From Promethearchaeota archaeon (GTDB taxonomy: Archaea > Asgardarchaeota > Lokiarchaeia > Sigyniarchaeales > SOKP01), in assembly GCA_016839555.1 (NCBI GenBank), contig JAEOUA010000004.1, positions 23,894 to 87,893 of the forward strand: DNA of 64,000 nt, written 5' to 3'. This document shows positions 6,831-15,300 of this stretch, one piece after another (position 1 is the stretch's first letter; every line of letters starts with the position of its first letter). Made by a program: the position numbers and the translations under genes. The notes beneath the pieces are model-generated. The model had not been told where the DNA came from and made no database searches. It was given only the letters and a program-made list of their open reading frames with translations.

Positions 6831-9752
6831 ATGACACAAGAAGAATTACAAGTACATAATTTAGAAGTAGAGAAAGTGGCTGACGAATTAAAGACATCCA
6901 TAGATATAGGCCTTACTGAGGAGGAAGCTGAAAGGCGTCTTGAGCAATATGGATTAAATGAAATACAAAAAACTGGGGGAGTGTCTCCTATACAAATATT
7001 CATTAATCAATTTAAAGATTTCTTAGTTTATTTATTGTTTTTTGCCATAGGAATTTCTATCGTTGTTGGATTTTATGAATTATCGATTGGCGGTGATCCA
7101 TCTGAATTTTTAGATGCTATCGTGATATTTATTATCCTCGTTGCAAATGCCATTTTAGGTTTTTATCAGGAATACAAAGCGGAAAAGGCTATTGAGAGTC
7201 TGAGAGAGATGGCTCCACATTTTGCCGTTGTAATACGTGATGGAAAAACCAAACAAATTGATGTCAAAGGGGTTGTACCAGGAGATATCTTGAAGCTTGA
7301 TGAGGGAGATAAAATTCCCGCAGACGCTCGGCTATTTGAAAATTATTCATTATATGTGGATGAGGCAATCCTCACCGGTGAATCTCAACCAGTTGAAAAA
7401 GATTTAAACCTATATGACGTAAAGACCATGTTAGCAGATAGGAAAAATATGGTATTTAGTAATACAGTCATTACTCGTGGAAATGCAAAAGCTATTGCGG
7501 TAAGAACGGCTATGAAAACAGAGGTTGGTAAAATAGCTGAAAAAATACAAGAGGAAGAACCGGAAAAAACTCCCTTTCAAAAAGAGGTTGATCGTTTTGG
7601 AAAACAAATAGGAATTATAACTTTGATTGTATGCGCCATGGTATTCGTAATAGAGTTGGTAATAATTATTGCAACAGAAGGATTCGGATTTGAAAAAGCT
7701 GAAATCGAAGAAATAATAGAGGCTTTAACAATTGCGATAAGTTTAGCTGTATCGGCTGTACCAGAAGGATTGGTAGTTGTAATTACGGTTGTAATGAGTA
7801 TCGGAATGCGAAAAATGGCGGAACGAGACGCCTTAGTTAAAACTTTAACAGCTGTGGAAACCTTGGGGAGAGTGAACATCATTTGTTCTGATAAAACTGG
7901 AACTCTCACCAAAAACGAAATGACGGTTAAAAAAGTATATCTTGGAGGAGAGGAATATGATGTGGATGGTGTTGGTTATATTCTTGAAGGGAAAATACTG
8001 GATAATTCTGGGAATCCAATTCAACTTGATGATAACAAAAATTTAAAAAGATACTTGGAAGTGTGTAAATTTTGTAATAACTCAACAGTTTCACCTAAAG
8101 ATGATAACCCAGTAAAGACTAATGTTATTGGAGATCCTACAGAAATCTCTTTAAAAGTTCTCGCAATGAAAATGAATCTCGATACGGAATCTAAAAAACT
8201 TGATGAGATACCATTTAGTTCTGACAGAAAAATGATGTCGGTTGTTGTAAAAATGAATGGAGAACTTTATTCTCTCATTAAAGGAGCTCCTGATGTGATC
8301 ATGAAAAAGGCGGGAAAAGCATTATATAATGGAGAAATAAAACCAATTGATGAAGTCAGAGATATATATCTTTCAAAAAATAACGAATTTGCTGAGAATG
8401 CATTAAGAGTCCTAGGGATTGCCTACAAGCCTCTAAATGAAGGATTTAATAAGGATGAAATTGAACAAGATTTTACCTATCTTGGATTAGCAGGAATTAT
8501 AGATCCCGCGAGGGATGAAGTAAAAGACTCAATAGAAGAAGCAAGAATGGCTGGTATTAGAACTATTATGATAACAGGCGATCATAAAATTACCGCTATT
8601 GCCATAGCAAAACAAATCGGATTAACTGACATAGACGACGCGATTACTGGTGCTGAAATGGAAGAGATGTCTGATGAGACATTAAATGAGCGAGTTGAAG
8701 AAGTAGATGTGTTTGCAAGAGTAACATCTGGGCACAAACTTAGAATTCTTAAAGCCTTGAAATCAAAAGAATATGTTGTTTCCATGACAGGTGATGGAGT
8801 AAATGATGCTCCAGCAGTGAAAGGGGCAAATGTAGGCGTGGCAATGGGGATAAAAGGAACGGAAGTAACTCGCGAAGCTTCCGATATGATCCTATTGGAC
8901 GATGATTATTCAACAATCGTAGATGCTATTGAAGAGGGTCGCGGAATTTTTGAAACTACAAAGGGTTTTTTCAGGTATATGCTTGCTGCAAATTTTGATG
9001 AAATATTTATGATCTTAACGGCATATATTTTGATGAAAGTCGCAGTGAATATCTATTTAGCACCACCTATACAAGCTATTCAGATATTATGGTTAAACAT
9101 CGCCACAGATGGTATTCCAGCAATGGTTCTTGGATTAACTCCAACAGATCCGGATGTTATGAAACTTAAACCGCGAAAAGGATTTAATATGATACATGAT
9201 ATTAGAAATGCGATAATTTTCGCAGCAGTTTTTGCTGCAATCACCGATGTTTTATTATATATAATTTGTTGGGGAGTCCTTATTCCCGCATGGTCTACTC
9301 CAGGAGGGCTTGTATTTGATCCGCGCTTACAAAATTATCACATAATAGAAACTTCAATTCTAGGAGTTAAAATAGATCTTGGAACTGATGCCTATGAATA
9401 TGCTATAGCTGTCGCTCAGAGCATCGTCTTTACAAATGTGGTATTTTTTGAATTATTTTTTGTCTTTTCATGCACTTCCGAGTGGAAACCTTTATGGGAA
9501 TTTCCCAACAAACATCTATTCTGGGCAACAGGGATTTCATTTGTATTACATCTATTGATTCTCTTCACACCGCTAAACATTGCCTTCCATGCCGTACCGA
9601 TGGACAGGTGGTACCATTGGGTAGCCATATTTCTAGGATCCATTGGAATTGTTCCCGCAGAGGAATTCAGAAAATATCTCATTCGTCGCAGACAGCATAA
9701 ATCAAAAAGATATCAACGACGATTAAGCAGTTATCATAGAAATAACAACTAA
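6831..9752 (+). CDS. Cation-transporting P-type ATPase, type IIA (Ca2+, SERCA-like)
   Basis: TGES, VPEGL, CSDKTGTLT phosphorylation site, KGAP, MITGD, TGDGVNDAPA, LWLNIATDG. Confidence 0.95.
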   Translation: MTQEELQVHNLEVEKVADELKTSIDIGLTEEEAERRLEQYGLNEIQKTGGVSPIQIFINQFKDFLVYLLFFAIGISIVVGFYELSIGGDPSEFLDAIVIFIILVANAILGFYQEYKAEKAIESLREMAPHFAVVIRDGKTKQIDVKGVVPGDILKLDEGDKIPADARLFENYSLYVDEAILTGESQPVEKDLNLYDVKTMLADRKNMVFSNTVITRGNAKAIAVRTAMKTEVGKIAEKIQEEEPEKTPFQKEVDRFGKQIGIITLIVCAMVFVIELVIIIATEGFGFEKAEIEEIIEALTIAISLAVSAVPEGLVVVITVVMSIGMRKMAERDALVKTLTAVETLGRVNIICSDKTGTLTKNEMTVKKVYLGGEEYDVDGVGYILEGKILDNSGNPIQLDDNKNLKRYLEVCKFCNNSTVSPKDDNPVKTNVIGDPTEISLKVLAMKMNLDTESKKLDEIPFSSDRKMMSVVVKMNGELYSLIKGAPDVIMKKAGKALYNGEIKPIDEVRDIYLSKNNEFAENALRVLGIAYKPLNEGFNKDEIEQDFTYLGLAGIIDPARDEVKDSIEEARMAGIRTIMITGDHKITAIAIAKQIGLTDIDDAITGAEMEEMSDETLNERVEEVDVFARVTSGHKLRILKALKSKEYVVSMTGDGVNDAPAVKGANVGVAMGIKGTEVTREASDMILLDDDYSTIVDAIEEGRGIFETTKGFFRYMLAANFDEIFMILTAYILMKVAVNIYLAPPIQAIQILWLNIATDGIPAMVLGLTPTDPDVMKLKPRKGFNMIHDIRNAIIFAAVFAAITDVLLYIICWGVLIPAWSTPGGLVFDPRLQNYHIIETSILGVKIDLGTDAYEYAIAVAQSIVFTNVVFFELFFVFSCTSEWKPLWEFPNKHLFWATGISFVLHLLILFTPLNIAFHAVPMDRWYHWVAIFLGSIGIVPAEEFRKYLIRRRQHKSKRYQRRLSSYHRNNN

Positions 9753-9915
9753 ATTTCAAAATTTATTTTATTTTTTCTATATTTTTTTTACCTTTATTTT
9801 TTTCAAAGAACGATTTAAAACTCATTGAGTTTAAATAATTTTATATTCTTACCATAATTTTATTAAATATTCAGAATAACTATTATCATTTTAATTAAGA
9901 TATAAGAATATAACA

Positions 9916-10608
9916 ATGAGCATTTCAGATATTTTAAAACAAAAGGCAGGTGCAGGACAAAAAGTCCTCACAGAATATGAATCCAAAGAGATCTTAAGAA
10001 AGATCGGTATTCCTATTACTGATCAAAAATTAACCTCTAATAAAGAGGAAACCATTTCTGTAGCAGAAGAAATTGGGTTTCCTGTGGTTATGAAATTAAT
10101 GGCAGAAGATGTGGTACATAAATCCGATATGGGCGCAGTGAAACTAAATATTAAAACTAATGAAGAAGTCGAACAGGCATTTGATGATTTAATGAAAATT
10201 CCCTCAGAAGCAGAAAAAAAGATTTCTGTGCAAAAAATGGCTAAAGAACCAATTACGGAATTAATTATTGGTATGACCACTGATCCACAATTTGGTCCTG
10301 CACTAATGTTTGGGATTGGAGGGATATTGGTGGAACTTTTGGAAGATGTGAGCTTTCGAATTGCTCCCATTACTGAATACGATGCAAAAGAAATGATTCG
10401 CGAAATTAAAGGCTTCCCTCTTTTAGATGGATTTCGCGGAAAACCAAAGGCTGATATAGATGCCATTGTAGATACTCTCATGAAAATTTCTGAATTTGTT
10501 ATCGAAAATGAGGAAATCTATGAGATGGACCTAAATCCTGTGTTTATATATGAAGATGGGTTAGTTTGCGTTGACGCAAGAATAATATTAAAGTCCGAAA
10601 ATAAGTAA
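9916..10608 (+). CDS. acdB: Acetate/acyl-CoA ligase (ADP-forming) beta subunit, ATP-grasp fold
   Basis: LTEYESKEIL, GFPVVMK, HKSDMGAV, DPQFGPALMFGIGG, EMDLNPV, VDARII. Confidence 0.88.
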   Translation: MSISDILKQKAGAGQKVLTEYESKEILRKIGIPITDQKLTSNKEETISVAEEIGFPVVMKLMAEDVVHKSDMGAVKLNIKTNEEVEQAFDDLMKIPSEAEKKISVQKMAKEPITELIIGMTTDPQFGPALMFGIGGILVELLEDVSFRIAPITEYDAKEMIREIKGFPLLDGFRGKPKADIDAIVDTLMKISEFVIENEEIYEMDLNPVFIYEDGLVCVDARIILKSENK

Positions 10609-10651
10609 AATGGTTATTTGACCAATTTTTTTAAAGCATATAAAATTTAAT

Positions 10652-11152
10652 TTAAAATTCAATTTTTTCGCCAAAATACTTTATTGGCCACTGCCAATAT
10701 AAGTTAGTCTTAATAACCCCTTTTTCTGTCAAATTCTTGAATAATTGTTTTTTCAAACGATGAAGCAACCCCTCTGGATCATAGAGGATCTTTCCCTCAT
10801 CTAGTGCATCTAAAATCAAATAGAATTTGTGTTTTACATGGTTTTTAATTTCTTTAGGTGTCCACCAGAGCGCTTGAATCCCCCCAATTACTGGTTTAGT
10901 CAATTTAAGAGTTTTTTTTCTTCTCTCCCATAGACTGTCCGGTAAATCTTCACTTATAATAATTAAATCTATATCACTCACATAATCATCAGTAATTCTT
11001 CCTTTCCCCTTCGCAACAGAACCGAATAGTAAAAGTCCTTTTATATTTATTTCTTGTCTAAAAAGATAGTCCGTAAATAATCGTAATTTTTTTTTAAAAT
11101 AATTTTGCTTAATATAAGATAAATCTATTTCATGGATTTTATTTTTAGTCAA
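10652..11152 (-). CDS. Minimal nucleotidyltransferase (MNT), putative antitoxin
   Basis: LLFGSVAKG...SDIDLIII (GS...DxD) motif; EGKILYD tail; overlaps the HEPN gene by 8 nt. Confidence 0.88.
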   Translation of the reverse strand: MTKNKIHEIDLSYIKQNYFKKKLRLFTDYLFRQEINIKGLLLFGSVAKGKGRITDDYVSDIDLIIISEDLPDSLWERRKKTLKLTKPVIGGIQALWWTPKEIKNHVKHKFYLILDALDEGKILYDPEGLLHRLKKQLFKNLTEKGVIKTNLYWQWPIKYFGEKIEF

Positions 11153-11657
11153 AATTTATCACCTTTTTAATCATATTTTTGAAATACCTTAATTTTTTTC
11201 TCTCTACATTAAATTCTTGTAAATTTTTTAATAATTCTAAAATTTCTATTAATATTTCAATTACATTTTTGAGGTAAACTTTTGTCTTGATTATATCATA
11301 TTCTTCCTCAGGTGGGATTAAATTCTCACCTTTCATGATCCCATATCTCGTTTTGGTCTCCTCTTGTTCTAAATCCTTTGCTAAATTGGCAATATTTAAA
11401 AGACTATTGCGTTTATCTTCTTCTATATTACTATTTTCGCTTGATAAGAAGGATTCTATAATAATAGAAGGTTCATAAGTTTTCTTAAATTGTAACCCTA
11501 GTAAAAATAATAATGCTTTTTGAAGTTGTTCAATTGAAAGTTGAATTCGAAATACACAGTCAGCATAATCCTTTACCTTATAATTTCTAATTACCCTGTC
11601 AAGATTATTAAAAGCGAGTTTAAACCAATCTTTCGTTTTTTTGTAATTTATTACCAT
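11145..11657 (-). CDS. HEPN domain protein, putative toxin of a HEPN-MNT module
   Basis: All-helical; YADCVFRIQLSIEQLQKALL and TRYG match HEPN patterns; adjacent to MNT. Confidence 0.8.
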   Translation of the reverse strand: MVINYKKTKDWFKLAFNNLDRVIRNYKVKDYADCVFRIQLSIEQLQKALLFLLGLQFKKTYEPSIIIESFLSSENSNIEEDKRNSLLNIANLAKDLEQEETKTRYGIMKGENLIPPEEEYDIIKTKVYLKNVIEILIEILELLKNLQEFNVERKKLRYFKNMIKKVINFD

Positions 11658-11789
11658 TTGTTACATTTATTATAAACAATTATTCATTAACTATAATTCT
11701 ATTTCATTTAATCTCCTATTAAATATTTATTATGTCTAAAATTTAATTTTATAGATTATGCTCCTTTAGCCTATACAAAAGCAAATGAT

Positions 11790-12077
11790 ATTTTAGTAGA
11801 ACTTTTAGAGGATGTGAGCTTTCGAATTGCTCCAATTATAGAATACGATGCAAAAAAAATGATTCGCGAAATTAAAGGCTTCCCTCTTTTAGATGGATTT
11901 CGCGGAAAATCAAAAGCTGATATTGATGCCATCGTAGATGCTCTCATGAAAATTTCTGATTTTATCATCGATAATGAGGAAATCTATGATATGAATCTAA
12001 ATCCTGTATTTATTTGCGAAGATGGGTTAGTTTGCGTGGATGCAAGAATTATTTTAAAATCTAAGGAAAAAGAATAG
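11790..12077 (+). pseudogene. 5'-truncated duplicate of acdB (last ~95 codons)
   Basis: Homology to acdB starts abruptly at ILVELLEDVSFR. Substitutions occur at conserved sites (MDLNP to MNLNP, KPKAD to KSKAD, IY to IC). Confidence 0.85.
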
Positions 12078-12336
12078 CTCTTTTTTATTTATTATACTTT
12101 TTCAAAAAAATCAAATTTTTTAATATTATTCATATCTATTTTGATTTTTTAAAAAATCTAGGAACAATGAATAATTTTTAAAAGATTTATTAATAATTTC
12201 CTTCTTAAACCCTTAATTCTCTTTCGATGATATTAAATATCTAAAGGTTTATTTATAGAAAACACCATATTTATAAATATATAAATTACTATTTTTTTAT
12301 ACAATTAATTAGGAAATTAAGATAATTGTAGAAATT

Positions 12337-15300
12337 ATGATAAAATTTACCATAAAAAAAAGAAAAACTAAAAGATGCATTTTTCTGATTATATTAACTT
12401 TTGGTTTACTTTTCAGTGGATTCTTAGACTTAATTGCAAATCCTAATCTATTACAATCAAACAATTCAAATCTATATTATTATAATAATTTTCCAACTTC
12501 TCTACCTCATAGCTCTAATGGTTATTCCACATCATTTAATAATACAGGAAATCCATTGAATATAACATTACACCAATCTAAAATAGAGATGGGAACCCCC
12601 CTGTTTGAAATTTTAAATACTTCAGATAGTTCAAATAGTACAATTAGCACATCTACACCAAGTGACACGTTATTTAATTCAACCACATCTCAAATATTTA
12701 TTGAAAATATTACAGCACCAGATAAGATATTACAATTAGAAAATGATACAGATCATTATAGTGATTTGAGTACAGCTCGCTTATTTTCATTTGAAATACC
12801 AATAAATTGCACCCTAGACAGTGTTACTATTTATTTAAATAATACATCCAGTGTAAATCCTACTGCTGTTGGGATATTTTTATGGGGTTCACAATCGGGA
12901 TTACCATATAATTATATTACACAATTAGGAACCTCGAAAACAATACCAGCAGATGGTGAGGGATATTATACTTATAATAATCTTAATATTTTATTGAATG
13001 ACACTGACACTACAAATAAAATTTTCTTTATAAGAGTTATTGATACAGGTATAGGCAGCGCAAGAATATTTGGAAAAAATGATGGGGCGGATGGTGATCC
13101 AGATGATTCAGATGTTTATTATTACCTTGTTGATCATTATGAATCAATAGCTATAGATTATTTTGCAAATATTACACTTAAGGCTAATAGTAATCCCTCA
13201 AGACCTTCTGATATAGGGCTTAAAATAAATGGCACACTTGTTGATAATGGTGGAGCTAGTGGTACTGGAAATCTAACAATTTTAAAAGAATATTCTACTT
13301 TACCAGACCAAATAGAATATAATATCACGGCAGATTGGTGGGATGTCTCTTGCAATATTACAAAAATAATTGTAAATTATACTCGATCGGATTTAACTGC
13401 AATAACTGAATATAGCATTTCGGGTAGTAATCAAACAGTCCAATGGAATGCCACATTAGGTAACTTTAATAACTTTGACATTGCTTTTAATAATTATTGG
13501 ATTAATTATACTGTTCCTGAAAGTTGGCTAAATTTTAATGCCTATAATGCTTCAAATTCTATTCCATCAGAGAATATTACCGTAGGATCACCTTCGAATG
13601 GCTATAAAGAAGTACAAATCTATCCAGCGGGAAACAGTACAAATTGGTATATTTCCGCCGAATCTCCAAATTTAGTGAATGATATACTCGTATTTTTAGC
13701 AGGTGAAACTAATGAAATATACAGCGTGAATCATTCAGACACTATAGATATTAATGTCACATTTTCTGATACAATTTGGAATGGAAATATCACCTTAAAT
13801 ATCTATAGTCCTTCTGATACAGGAAACTATCTTAATCATACGTATTCTCTCAATACTTCGTCTTTAAGCCCCAATACGGAATTTTATTTAAACAATTGGA
13901 CAATAGATAATATTAAAGATTACGGGATATTTAAAGTTCAAGTAGATTGGACTAATGGAACTGATGCAGGTTTCGTTGAGATAAACCTAACTATAAATGC
14001 AGTTACAGATCTAATTGTTCAAGGACCATCAACTACTATATATGATGCTGGTGATATCTTTGATGTGCAAGTGCTTTATAATGATACGGGACAGGGTCTG
14101 GATATTGACAATGCGAATATATCATATAAAATCAATACCGGGAGTTATCGACCAATCGATCAAAACGTAACGAAACTGGGAAGCGGACTCTATAATATAT
14201 CAGTTGATTGTAATGATACCGATTTAATTTATGGTCAAAACACAATTACAATAAACGCAAGCAAACAATATTATAATGAAGCGACTACTAGCTTTAATTT
14301 TACGGTATTCGCAGAAACCGCCCTAAGTATTAAATATCCTCCATTAGATTCCTTCTATAACTCAAGTGATACATTTGAAGTTCGGGTGTTTTTCAATGAT
14401 ACAATAAAAGATGCAGGTATTGATAATGCTATCATTAACTATAGTCTTGATGGTGGAAGCTCGTATAGGGGTGATAATGTTGAGAATTTCCATAATGGAT
14501 ATTACAATATCACAGTTAATTGTAATGATACGCAATTCAATGATTATGGCGACATTACTCTAATAGTTAATGCTAGTAAAGCTTATCATCATAATCAGAG
14601 TCAACAAGTTAATATATCAGTAAAAGGAGAGACATTACTTACGATAATCAGCCCATCGCCTTTAGATTCCTTCAATTCTGGAGATACTTTCAATATAACT
14701 GTGCAATATAATGACACTTCGAGAAATCAAGGTATATCTGGAGCAAGTTTTACTGTGAAAGTAAACGGGACGGCTTATACAGAAGTAATTTATCACGATT
14801 TGTTAAATGGAACTTATGATATTACTCTAAATGCTAGCGATAATGAGTTTTTCCCATATGGAATTGTAACTATTGAACTTAATTTCAGTAAAGATGTCTA
14901 CTATTCAAGTAATAACTCGGTTCAAGTTCAAATAATTGGTGAATCAACTTTTGACAGACTTTCACCTGAGATGTATGCAATCTATCTATCGGGAGAACAA
15001 TTCAATATTATTTTACAATACAATGATTCTGTAAGAAATATTGGTATAGATGATGCAACTATTGAATACACATTGAACGGAACGGGATATAAATCAATCA
15101 ATTGGGCATATGAAGGTAATGGAATTTATAATATTACAATTGATGTGGATGATTCAGATTTTGGATCTACATATGGATATCGAAATATTATTGTTAATGT
15201 TTCAAGAGCCTTCTACGTGAATCATTCACTCACCTACACGTTCCATCGTCAGATTCCAACCTCAATTGATCCCTCCAATTTTCAGGATTTAGGATCAGTA

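Larger units (their letters stand above)
10324..12077 (+). repeat. Diverged direct repeat of the acdB 3' end (10324-10608 and 11790-12077) flanking a HEPN-MNT pair
   Basis: Long identical stretches such as GATGTGAGCTTTCGAATTGCTCC and AAATGATTCGCGAAATTAAAGGCTTCCCTCTTTTAGATGGATTTCGCGGAAAA occur in both copies. Confidence 0.92.

Noticed and set aside
10609-11789. IS element or provirus
   Set aside because: No transposase, integrase, terminal inverted repeats or viral genes; reported only as a repeat-flanked islet.
11814-12077. Independent 87-aa functional gene
   Set aside because: It is a 5'-truncated copy of acdB; the GTG 'start' is an internal Val codon.
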